Shown one piece after another: positions 39,901-48,260 of a DNA stretch of 64,000 nucleotides. The DNA is taken from contig JAZOAH010000010.1 of the NCBI GenBank assembly GCA_045595395.1, positions 32,000 to 95,999 of the forward strand, written 5' to 3'. Each line of letters starts with the position of its first letter. The first letter of the stretch is position 1. The DNA is from Eubacteriales bacterium. Its GTDB lineage: Bacteria; Bacillota; Clostridia; Oscillospirales; UMGS1783. Under the pieces are notes generated by a model. It was given only the letters and a program-made list of their open reading frames with translations, was not told where the DNA came from and did no database searches. The translations under genes and the position numbers were made by a program.

Positions 39901-40424
39901 CTTGCATATTTTGTAAGGTTGGCCTGGGCGCTACTGCTCAAATTTATTGTTGCGATATGCTCAGCGGCTACATTGTCAGTATTCTTCTGCGCATAAATAA
40001 ACCAATGAGCCATCATGGCAAAGCCTACGCAGGAATAGGCAGGCGCATCTATGGTTCCGATTTTTCCATAGGTTGCAGCTTCAGAGGGAGATGCCCATCG
40101 GGGAAAGGGTAACAAACTATCGCTGTTGGCCATTAATCCCAATCCGTTTTTAATCCATGATGTTGTTAATAAGTTTGTTGTTAAACATTGTGAGCATCCA
40201 TGATTAGAACTTTTGTTTGCACAGTTTGTTCCGGTTGTTGTGAAATACGAATATCCATAACTGTTGTTGTTGACAAAATTTCGCAGTGTTTGTACTCTTG
40301 CTGCGGCAGTTGTCGCGTTTACTTTTGCTGGTGTGGTTGCTGCTGATACATTTATTTGTATCAACCCAACAACCAATATGAGTGCAAGCATGGCACTCAA
40401 TAGCCTTTTACTCCCGTGCTTCAT
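36954..40424 (-). CDS. Secreted multidomain protein: CHAP/NlpC-like domain, Big_2, InlB B-repeat, BspA-type LRR, two cohesin-like domains, C-terminal type I dockerin
   Basis: YSCVGFA...GDILVF...SHAAIY...LDSNW; PSNATNKAVTWSSSNTAVATV; TITFDLNGG...PTRPGYTFLGW; IGxxAFxxCxSL repeats; two PG(D/E)TI...YD...LELIxGEW...K(L/F)TF domains; GDMDGNEAVNSND / SDFNHDGAINSND. Confidence 0.82.
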   Translation of the reverse strand: MKHGSKRLLSAMLALILVVGLIQINVSAATTPAKVNATTAAARVQTLRNFVNNNSYGYSYFTTTGTNCANKSSNHGCSQCLTTNLLTTSWIKNGLGLMANSDSLLPFPRWASPSEAATYGKIGTIDAPAYSCVGFAMMAHWFIYAQKNTDNVAAEHIATINLSSSAQANLTKYAREGDILVFRTSKTNGNYSHAAIYTGCTGSAVKVLDSNWGGSTGNTCKMQEHTIPYSTYAYVEISRATNATDETVAATSVSLATTEINLGKGNTYALSATVSPSNATNKAVTWSSSNTAVATVSSSGVVKGIAPGQATITATTKDGSHKATCTVTVSGDVYTITFDLNGGEWDEATIQTKNEGEDLSLIDATPTRPGYTFLGWELPVASIKDGEWVAEKPSDGDYETGYKYYTYGYEHNSDYTYMYGPNKDSLIATVKEYPDGYGTYSASKLRYFWLIEDTNQGESFYPAKVSDTANNFKASYISEAGATGTATLRNTNFYFESVVYKQDPTGFYLYQPGESFTWDQNVTLSAFWIGDTGDSTVIPPSNDGTTGDCTWSFDGSTLTISGNGAMAEYSTDEPAPWSHLKDSINTIIIEPGVMRIGSSAFRDCNKATDVMVANTVVAIGNGAFSGCTSLNFISLSTGLLRIDASAFHNCQSLTSITLYENVSTIDIGAFNYCNSLTDITVDTSNAYYSSIDGVLFNKDATTLICYPAGKTNTSYTVPDGVKTIGRYDSFFNCENLTSVILPASVETIENCAFLTSYNISEITLGKGLTTIENNAFLHCSSLSDVWYAGSETDRSNIFIDETGNDKIVNATWHYTNSTESDTPDNVYHDVAYLNCSSFYPHPGDTINIYLTVPESIAVRSLGIEELSYDMEKLELISGEWLLDNALISDWNNDNRIGAATFLENTNIQDNILKLTFKIKDDASECDLNFSLDFKGTLMNDNTETTIFYNTELMTVPVRILDPIEIAVSDVDCRPGETIEVFLSIPEATTIKTIGIPFIMYDNSILELIDGEWLLDTAIVSDWNTEELIGAMTFAENTVVSGNFIKFTFTVKDDAPEGTTNILCAMTLKQMVGNFEATIPHQTFGGFVTITHILPGDMDGNEAVNSNDVVFLLYHTLFPSMYPANQNSDFNHDGAINSNDVIFLLYHTLFPSMYPLS

Positions 40425-40586
40425 TTGTTTTTCTCCTTTTTATGATGAGTATTTCATGTACAAAATAGCCTAAAATAAAAAACAGGCCATAATGATATCT
40501 ATAGTATATGTTCAGGGTCAAAAAAAGTCAATAGTCTGTTTACATTGATCTTTAATACTTTTAGACTGGATTTGAGGTGATTGTAT

Positions 40587-40925
40587 ATGAATAATATCCC
40601 GGGGATTATCGGTCAAAGAATCCGTGCATACCGGCAAAAGCTGGGATACACCCAGGAGGATCTTGCCGAAAAAGCAGATGTTCACCACACATATATTGGA
40701 CAGATCGAACGCGGCGAGAAGAATCTTACCATCATCACCTTAGGAAAGATATTGAGCGTTCTTGATGTTTCCTTTTCGGCGTTTTTTGAGTGTTTGGATT
40801 ATAAGGATACTCATGGGAATATTGCTTCAAAAAGTTATGAAATTATCAATATTATGAGCGAGGCGAATCAGGAGAAGGTATATCGGCTGCTGTGTGATAT
40901 CAACGATATTGTGTCTTCAAAATAA
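40587..40925 (+). CDS. XRE/Cro-C1 HTH regulator
   Basis: GAGGTG RBS; IGQRIRAYR...TQEDLAEKADVHHTYIGQIERGEKN. Confidence 0.9.
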   Translation: MNNIPGIIGQRIRAYRQKLGYTQEDLAEKADVHHTYIGQIERGEKNLTIITLGKILSVLDVSFSAFFECLDYKDTHGNIASKSYEIINIMSEANQEKVYRLLCDINDIVSSK

Positions 40926-40927
40926 TA

Positions 40928-40957
40928 AAAGGACTCAGCGTGGGAGCTGAGTCCTTT
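40928..40957 (+). terminator. Terminator hairpin after the XRE gene
   Basis: AAAGGACTCAGC-GTGGGA-GCTGAGTCCTTT. Confidence 0.75.
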
Positions 40958-40965
40958 GTGGTTTA

Positions 40966-41093
40966 GTGAAATATTTTGCTTGCGCAAAATGTGAAATGAA
41001 ATAAATCCACCCATGCCCGCAGGTATTTTACATGGCGAAGCCATATTTCATACACGCAGCGTATTTCACAAATCCCGAAGGGGTTTATTTCGT
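40966..41093. repeat. Array of short hairpins separated by ATTTCAC/GTGAAAT heptamers, function unknown
   Basis: GTGAAAT at 40966 and 40991; ATTTTAC 41025, ATTTCAT 41045, ATTTCAC 41063, ATTTCGT 41087; intervening hairpins with C-GAA-G or C-GCA-G loops. Confidence 0.75.
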
Positions 41094-41100
41094 TGAAAAT

Positions 41101-41128
41101 GCGACTTGTTTTTACAAGTCGCTTTTTT
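41101..41128. terminator. Terminator hairpin at the tRNA-Glu 3' end
   Basis: GCGACTTGT-TTTT-ACAAGTCGC followed by T6 on the + strand. Confidence 0.75.
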
Positions 41129-41129
41129 C

Positions 41130-41204
41130 TGGTGACCCGGACGGGAATCGAACCCGTGTTACTGCCGTGAAAGGGCGGTGTCTTAACCTCTTGACCACCG
41201 GGCC
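41130..41204 (-). tRNA. tRNA-Glu(TTC)
   Basis: Reverse complement GGCCCGGTGGTCAAGAGGTTAAGACACCGCCCTTTCACGGCAGTAACACGGGTTCGATTCCCGTCCGGGTCACCA; anticodon TTC, encoded CCA. Confidence 0.95.
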
Positions 41205-41206
41205 GT

Positions 41207-41283
41207 TGGTAGCGGCAACTGGATTCGAACCAGTGACACTCCGGGTATGAACCGAATGCTCTAGCCAGCTGAGCTATGCCGCC
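41207..41283 (-). tRNA. tRNA-Met(CAT), elongator type
   Basis: Reverse complement GGCGGCATAGCTCAGCTGGCTAGAGCATTCGGTTCATACCCGGAGTGTCACTGGTTCGAATCCAGTTGCCGCTACCA; paired 1-72 position, no triple G-C anticodon stem. Confidence 0.93.
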
Positions 41284-41297
41284 ATAACGCGAAAGTT

Positions 41298-41326
41298 ATT
41301 TTAATATAATTATGCCGCCTTGTCAA
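41298..41326 (-). promoter_or_regulatory. sigma-A promoter of the tRNA pair
   Basis: TTGACA(41326-41321)-17-TAAAAT(41303-41298). Confidence 0.75.
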
Positions 41327-41440
41327 GCAAAAAATTATCTTTTTTAAGAAAAAACGAAAAAAAGGTGTTATTTTGGCTTGAAAAAGGAAAACATATTCTG
41401 TATAATACTACCGACACTAAACGATGAGAGGAGAACTATC

Positions 41441-42133
41441 GTGGAATATTCACATGAAGTAGAACAGATGTGTCCGCTGACCAAGGGCTGCAATCACGGC
41501 CCGGCTCCCATCCCCGAAGAGGGTCAATGGGTCAAGGCGACACAGATCAGCGACATTTCGGGTCTGTCGCACGGCATTGGCTGGTGCGCACCGCAGCAGG
41601 GCTGCTGCAAGCTGACCCTTAACGTCAAGCAGGGCATCATCGAGGAGGCTCTGGTCGAGACCCTCGGTTGCTCGGGCATGACCCACTCGGCCGCTATGGC
41701 TGCTGAGATCCTGCAGGGCAAGACCATTCTCGAAGCCCTCAATACCGACCTTGTGTGCGACGCTATCAACGTGGCTATGCGTGAGATCTTCAAGCAGCTC
41801 GTTTACGGCCGCACCCAGACCGCTTTTTCTGAAAACGGCCTGCCCATCGGTGCTTCGCTCGACGACCTCGGCAAGGGTCTGCGTACCCAGGTCGGCACTA
41901 TGTTCGGCACCCGCGCCAAGGGCGTGCGTTACCTGGAGATGGCCGAAGGCTATGTCATCAACATCGCTGTCGATAAGGGCGGCGAGGTCATCGGCTACAA
42001 GTTCGTGCATCTGGGCAAGATGATGGAGCAGATCCGCAAGGGTGTGCCCGCCGCTGAGGCCTACGAGAAGAACATCGGCACCTATGGCCGTTACGCTGAG
42101 GCGGATCGTTACATCGATCCCAGAAACGAATAA
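41441..42133 (+). CDS. NifU/IscU-like Cys-containing protein associated with GGGtGRT
   Basis: GAGGAG RBS, GTG start; HGIGWCAPQQGCCKL, GCSGMTHSA, DLVCDAI; promoter TTGAAA(41378)-17-TATAAT(41401). Confidence 0.7.
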   Translation: MEYSHEVEQMCPLTKGCNHGPAPIPEEGQWVKATQISDISGLSHGIGWCAPQQGCCKLTLNVKQGIIEEALVETLGCSGMTHSAAMAAEILQGKTILEALNTDLVCDAINVAMREIFKQLVYGRTQTAFSENGLPIGASLDDLGKGLRTQVGTMFGTRAKGVRYLEMAEGYVINIAVDKGGEVIGYKFVHLGKMMEQIRKGVPAAEAYEKNIGTYGRYAEADRYIDPRNE

Positions 42134-42148
42134 GGAGGGGAGAACATC

Positions 42149-43150
42149 ATGGCTTTATTTGAAGGATATGAAAGAAGAATCGATCAGATCAATGCTATTC
42201 TCCCTGAGTATGGCTTCTCTTCGATCGAAGAGGCACAGGAATACAACCTGTCCATGGGCGTAGACGCCTATAAGATCGTCAAGGACATTCAGCCCATCGC
42301 TTTCGAGAACGCTTGCTGGGCCTACATCCTCGGCTGCGCCATCGCTCTCAAGAGCGGCGCTAAGAGCCCCAGTGAGGCTTCGGCTTGCATCGGTAAGGGT
42401 CTGCAGGCCTTCTGCGTACCCGGCTCGGTTGCCGATTCCCGTAAGGTCGGTCTTGGCCACGGTAACCTCGGCGCTATGCTGCTGGAAGAAGACACCGAGT
42501 GCTTCTGCTTCCTGGCCGGCCACGAGTCCTTTGCCGCCGCTGAAGGCGCCATCGGCCTGGCTCGTACTGCCAACAAGGCTCGCAAAAAGCCGCTGCGTGT
42601 TATCCTCAACGGCCTGGGCAAGGATGCCGCTTATATCATTTCGCGTATCAACGGTTTCACCTATGTGCAGACCGATTACAATTATGCGACCGGCAAGCTC
42701 AACATCGTTTCCGAGAAGGCTTTCTCGGACGGTGAGCGCAGCAAGGTTCGCTGCTACGGCGCTAACGATGTCAACGAAGGCGTTGCTATCATGAAGCATG
42801 AGAAGGTTGACGTTTCCATCACCGGTAACTCCACCAACCCGACCCGTTTCCAGCACCCGGTGGCCGGCACCTACAAGAAGCTGTCCTATGAAGAGGGCTT
42901 CAAGTATTTCTCGGTCGCTTCGGGCGGCGGTACGGGGCGTACCCTGCATCCCGACAACATGGCAGCCGGCCCGGCTTCTTACGGCCTGACCGATACCATG
43001 GGCCGTATGCACGGCGATGCTCAGTTCGCCGGCTCTTCCTCTGTCCCGGCTCACGTGGACATGATGGGTCTGATCGGCGCCGGCAATAACCCGATGGTCG
43101 GTATGACTGTTGCATGTGCCGTTGCCGTGTATCAGGCGCTCAACAAATAA
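42149..43150 (+). CDS. GGGtGRT family protein (function unknown)
   Basis: Signature SGGGTGRTLHPDN; AGHESFAAAEG. Confidence 0.9.
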   Translation: MALFEGYERRIDQINAILPEYGFSSIEEAQEYNLSMGVDAYKIVKDIQPIAFENACWAYILGCAIALKSGAKSPSEASACIGKGLQAFCVPGSVADSRKVGLGHGNLGAMLLEEDTECFCFLAGHESFAAAEGAIGLARTANKARKKPLRVILNGLGKDAAYIISRINGFTYVQTDYNYATGKLNIVSEKAFSDGERSKVRCYGANDVNEGVAIMKHEKVDVSITGNSTNPTRFQHPVAGTYKKLSYEEGFKYFSVASGGGTGRTLHPDNMAAGPASYGLTDTMGRMHGDAQFAGSSSVPAHVDMMGLIGAGNNPMVGMTVACAVAVYQALNK

Positions 43151-43165
43151 GATTTTTTGCAAATC

Positions 43166-43194
43166 AAAAGGACATCCTTCGGGATGTCCTTTTT
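43166..43194. terminator. Bidirectional intrinsic terminator
   Basis: AAAAGGACATCC-TTCG-GGATGTCCTTTTT. Confidence 0.85.
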
Positions 43195-43197
43195 GTG

Positions 43198-43773
43198 TTA
43201 TACGAAATGTTTTTCGGATGAGTCGTCGGCCAGGGCGGCGACGGCGGGGTCGGGGAGGTCTTCGACCGGTTCCCAGGCGTTGGAAAATTCGATGTCGCGG
43301 AAGAGGGCGGCAAGGCCGGTGATCTGCTTAAGGCGCAGGATCTCGTCACGGTCCATGCCTAGGTGTTTGGCGATCCATTTGTCGGAGCGGCCGAGCTCGT
43401 GGAGCTCCTTGATGATGTTGCTCATCAGGTCGACATCGTGGCTGCCGCGGGCTCGGTTGTGCCGGATGGTGGAGGCCATGCGGTGGTCGATACCCTTGCG
43501 AATGACCGAGACGGGGAGCATGCCGCCCTCCCTCTCGTAGATATCGGGATAGTCGAGCATGATACGGTAGCGGTGGAAGCCGTCAACAATGATGTATTTG
43601 TCCTGCTCCTTGTCATGATAGCAGACGATGGGCATGGTGTAACCATCCTCGCGGATGCTGTCATAGAGCAGTTTAAGCTCAGGCGGGGCGACGGTGTTGG
43701 GGTTGTAATCGTTGGGAACGATCTTTTCGACGGGAACGGCAATGACGTTGTATACGGGGCTTTTGCTGGGCAT
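43198..43773 (-). CDS. ParB/Srx-fold protein, IbrB/YbdM-like
   Basis: NDYNPN, SIREDGYTMPIV, IVDGFHR, STIRHNRARG, C-terminal HTH. Confidence 0.85.
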   Translation of the reverse strand: MPSKSPVYNVIAVPVEKIVPNDYNPNTVAPPELKLLYDSIREDGYTMPIVCYHDKEQDKYIIVDGFHRYRIMLDYPDIYEREGGMLPVSVIRKGIDHRMASTIRHNRARGSHDVDLMSNIIKELHELGRSDKWIAKHLGMDRDEILRLKQITGLAALFRDIEFSNAWEPVEDLPDPAVAALADDSSEKHFV

Positions 43774-43774
43774 A

Positions 43775-45091
43775 TTATTCTCCTACCTTGCTGTATTTTT
43801 CTTTGAGAACATCGAGGGCGCGGTACTGTTCCCGGGTCAGCCCGAAGCCCATGAAGCGGCAGGTGTGGTCATTTTTAAGGATGCAGTAGCACATGCGTTT
43901 CCAGGATGGGATATCCTTGGTGGACTTGATATCGTCGGTGTGGTCGGGGATGGCGTCGAGGAAGATGATGCGGGAATGTTTCATGACGGTATAATTGGAC
44001 ACACCGTTGCGGGCAATGGCGTAGCCATGCTCCTCCAGTTCACGGATGGTCTCCTCGTCCAGGCCGCCGCCGATGGTGTGCCAGAAATTGATCGAGGTCT
44101 GGAATTTTTTCATATAACTATTGCGCAGCCGCTTGGGCAGGGTGTCGAGCAGGAAGAGGGTGTAGCTTTTCCAGGTGTGACCCTCGGGCAGGGTGAGGCT
44201 GCGGTAGCCGAGGGCTTTGGTTCGACCGTAGATGGCACCGAAATTGGCACCCTGCACTCGGCCGACCAGTTTGGCCCAGATCTCGGGATCGATGACCCGA
44301 TAGAGATTCAAGCTCTCCTTGGCCTGGTCGTTGAAGGGGGAGGCCACCCGCATCTGATCGGGGGTGCGGCCGGCCATATAATACAGATCGTATAGCTTAT
44401 TGTAATCGTAGTTGAAGAGGAAATTGGCGTGCCAAACATCGCCGTTGGTCCAGTCGTAGAGCGGCGAGGCGGCGTAGACCTCCTTGAACTGGCGGGTGAT
44501 CCAGCATTGATCCTTGTAGCCGTAGCGTTTATTGAGAAAGCCGCTGTAGCGCTGGAGCGATTCCTCGGCGCGCAGCCCCAGCAAGCAGACGGTCTTGCTG
44601 CCGCCGTGAGCCAGCCGATACCAGCGGCTGAACTGTTTAGCCAGATCCTCCTGGTGCATGCGATAATGGTAGGTGGTGATGGGGTTGTTTTCCAGGTTGA
44701 TGACATAGGGACGTTTAGGCATGGAGCGAACCCAGGCGTCCGGCATAGTATCGTCCCAGGGATACCAGTACATTTGGTAGTTGCTCAGTGCCGTGCGGGT
44801 GGCCATGGGCAGGCAGACCCAGTAGGGGTAGACCTTTTTCTCGATACGGTCAAAGGTGCGCTCGACATAGGCGGTCGTTTCGCTGTACTGGGCTTCAAAG
44901 TCCTGGTGAAAAACGCCGATTTTCTTATCGGGATAATACTTTTGCTGGAAATCCAGAACCAGATTGAGCAGCAGACCGCTGTCTTTACCGCCCGAGAAGG
45001 AAACCAGGATATTGTCAAATTCCTCAAAGAGAAGCCGAAGCCGATTCTGGGTGGCATCGTATACATTTTGCGAGAGATAGTGTCGTTTCAT
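43775..45091 (-). CDS. PAPS-reductase-fold protein, IbrA/YbdN-like (DUF3440)
   Basis: PP-loop SFSGGKDS, GLRAEESLQR, PLYDW, RVQGANF, SWKRMC...ILKND. Confidence 0.85.
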   Translation of the reverse strand: MKRHYLSQNVYDATQNRLRLLFEEFDNILVSFSGGKDSGLLLNLVLDFQQKYYPDKKIGVFHQDFEAQYSETTAYVERTFDRIEKKVYPYWVCLPMATRTALSNYQMYWYPWDDTMPDAWVRSMPKRPYVINLENNPITTYHYRMHQEDLAKQFSRWYRLAHGGSKTVCLLGLRAEESLQRYSGFLNKRYGYKDQCWITRQFKEVYAASPLYDWTNGDVWHANFLFNYDYNKLYDLYYMAGRTPDQMRVASPFNDQAKESLNLYRVIDPEIWAKLVGRVQGANFGAIYGRTKALGYRSLTLPEGHTWKSYTLFLLDTLPKRLRNSYMKKFQTSINFWHTIGGGLDEETIRELEEHGYAIARNGVSNYTVMKHSRIIFLDAIPDHTDDIKSTKDIPSWKRMCYCILKNDHTCRFMGFGLTREQYRALDVLKEKYSKVGE

Positions 45092-45203
45092 CCGAGAACA
45101 TCCGTTAAAAGGGAAATTTTTCCTATATTATACCATAAAAGGGGGCGTAATTCAACAACATTTGCATAGAGAAAGCCGGCACCCAAAGGTGCCGGCTGAT
45201 ATA

Positions 45204-45614
45204 TTACATATTGAGCAGCAACTCGATCAAATTGAAGGTTGAGGCCATGGCGGCTGTGCCCAGGCCGACGGCGCAGAAGATGATGCCGTTGATGCGGCGG
45301 GTAGCGATGCAGGGCTTGAGATTCATCAGGCCGAAGACCATAGCCAGCGCAATGCCGGACATGACGAGCAGGAAGAAGATGAACTCATCCCACACAAGAC
45401 CCTCCTCCAGAGAGACCAAGGAAAAGATAAAACTGACGATACCGGCGATCATGCCGACGATGGGCATGCCGATGGGGACCTGGCGTGTCGCTGGCTCGGC
45501 AGGGGCGGGACTTTCGGGGGCTTGCTGAAGGGTCGTGCCGCACATGGGGCAAAAACGGGTATCGGCCTGGAGGGCGGCACCGCAATGGGTACAGAAGCGA
45601 GGTTTATTTTCCAT
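45204..45614 (-). CDS. Zinc-ribbon membrane protein
   Basis: FCTHCG...FCPMCG followed by three hydrophobic segments. Confidence 0.8.
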   Translation of the reverse strand: MENKPRFCTHCGAALQADTRFCPMCGTTLQQAPESPAPAEPATRQVPIGMPIVGMIAGIVSFIFSLVSLEEGLVWDEFIFFLLVMSGIALAMVFGLMNLKPCIATRRINGIIFCAVGLGTAAMASTFNLIELLLNM

Positions 45615-45770
45615 AAGAGTTTTCCTTTTTTGTTTTTCTTTTATCATATATCATACAATAAAATTTGTCAACAGAAAAACCATGCGGCCATATGGACGAA
45701 AAATGTTGTTTTTTTAGGCCGAACATCATATAATTTATGCGGAGAAATTCGACAAAAAGAGTAATACCCT

Positions 45771-45916
45771 TTGACAGGGCGTGGCCTTTTTGGTAGAATA
45801 ATATGGGTGTCTGTGGAGATTCAGAGAATAGGACGCCGGAAGAAGCGGACGGCCAAAGGCCGGACCGCTTATTGGTGCGTCAGTTGCTATTTGCAAAAAG
45901 GAGGAACAATTTTGCA
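45771..45916 (+). promoter_or_regulatory. sigma-A promoter plus about 110-nt structured 5' leader (candidate cis-regulatory RNA)
   Basis: TTGACA(45771)-17-TAGAAT(45794) with TG extension; nested stems GACGC/GCGTC, AAGCGG/CCGCTT, GGCC-AAA-GGCC; TGCAAAA/TTTTGCA stem enclosing the RBS. Confidence 0.6.
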
Positions 45917-46860
45917 TGAGTAAGATCACTATTATCGGAGCCGGTCAGGTGGGCGCCACCATTGCCTACACGCTGGCCGTTACCGGAGCCACATCCGAGA
46001 TCGTCATGATCGACATCAATCGAGAAAAGGCTATCGGTGTCGCTATGGACATCTATCAGGGTACGCCCTTCTGCCATCCTTGCCTGATCTATGAAGGAAG
46101 CTATGCCGATGCCGTGGGTTCGGATATCGTTATTCTTACCTCGGGTCTGCCCCGTAAAGCGGGTCAGTCAAGACTGGAGTTGGCTCAGGTCAACACCGAT
46201 ATCACCAAGCAGATCATTCCCCAGATCGTTCGGTATGCGCCCGATGCGCATTACATCATCGTTTCCAACCCGGTCGATATCCTGACCTATGTCTTTAACA
46301 AGGTCTCGGGTCTGCCCGAAAGCCATATCATCGGATCGGGTACGGTGCTGGATACCTCCCGTCTGCGTGTCAGACTGTCCGAGTGCTGTGCCATCAACCA
46401 GCAGAACATTCACGCTTATGTGCTGGGTGAGCACGGTGACTCGTCCTTTATTCCCTGGTCGGTAGCCAGCATCTCCAACATCCCGCTGGATGACTGGAAC
46501 AAGCTGATGGTCAACCCGGCCACCCATTATCCCGAGCTTGACCACGAAGAGATCGAAAATTATGTCCGCACCTCGGGCGGCCGTATCATTGCCGCCAAGG
46601 GCGCGACCTTCAATGCCGTTTCGGTCACGGTGTGTTATATCGTCAAAGCCTTGCTGTCCTCGATCGACACGACCATGACGGTATCGACCATGCTCAACGG
46701 CGAATATGGGATCGACGATGTCTGCATGTCGATTCTCAATGTTGTCAATAGCCAAGGCGCACACTCCAAGCTTTTGCTGCCGCTGACCGATATCGAACTC
46801 AATCAGCTGCACCACAGCGCCGAGTGCCTGAAGAATGTCATCAAAAGTATCAATATATAA
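45916..46860 (+). CDS. mdh: LDH-like malate dehydrogenase
   Basis: GAGQVG, VSNPVD, GSGTVLDTSR, LGEHGD; loop GLPRKAGQSRLEL has Arg at the specificity position (Gln in LDH); next to fumC. Confidence 0.8.
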   Translation: MSKITIIGAGQVGATIAYTLAVTGATSEIVMIDINREKAIGVAMDIYQGTPFCHPCLIYEGSYADAVGSDIVILTSGLPRKAGQSRLELAQVNTDITKQIIPQIVRYAPDAHYIIVSNPVDILTYVFNKVSGLPESHIIGSGTVLDTSRLRVRLSECCAINQQNIHAYVLGEHGDSSFIPWSVASISNIPLDDWNKLMVNPATHYPELDHEEIENYVRTSGGRIIAAKGATFNAVSVTVCYIVKALLSSIDTTMTVSTMLNGEYGIDDVCMSILNVVNSQGAHSKLLLPLTDIELNQLHHSAECLKNVIKSINI

Positions 46861-46872
46861 AGGAAGGTTATT

Positions 46873-48249
<1,377 letters not shown>

Positions 48250-48260
48250 GGAGAAGATCA

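Noticed and set aside
35252..40424. Cellulosome scaffoldin cluster
   Set aside because: No CBM or glycoside hydrolase domains evident; cargo is CHAP/LRR
40500..40925. Restriction-modification controller protein with C-boxes
   Set aside because: No methylase or endonuclease nearby and no proper GACT-N3-AGTC pair
40966..41093. CRISPR array
   Set aside because: The constant part is only 7 bp, the variable parts are palindromic and 11-18 bp, and no cas genes are present
41032..41250. 72-aa ORF
   Set aside because: Overlaps the hairpin array and is antisense to two clear tRNA genes
45800..45915. Canonical glycine riboswitch
   Set aside because: Only the 5' purine core is similar; the CTCTCAGG 3' half and a second aptamer are absent, and downstream genes are unrelated to glycine
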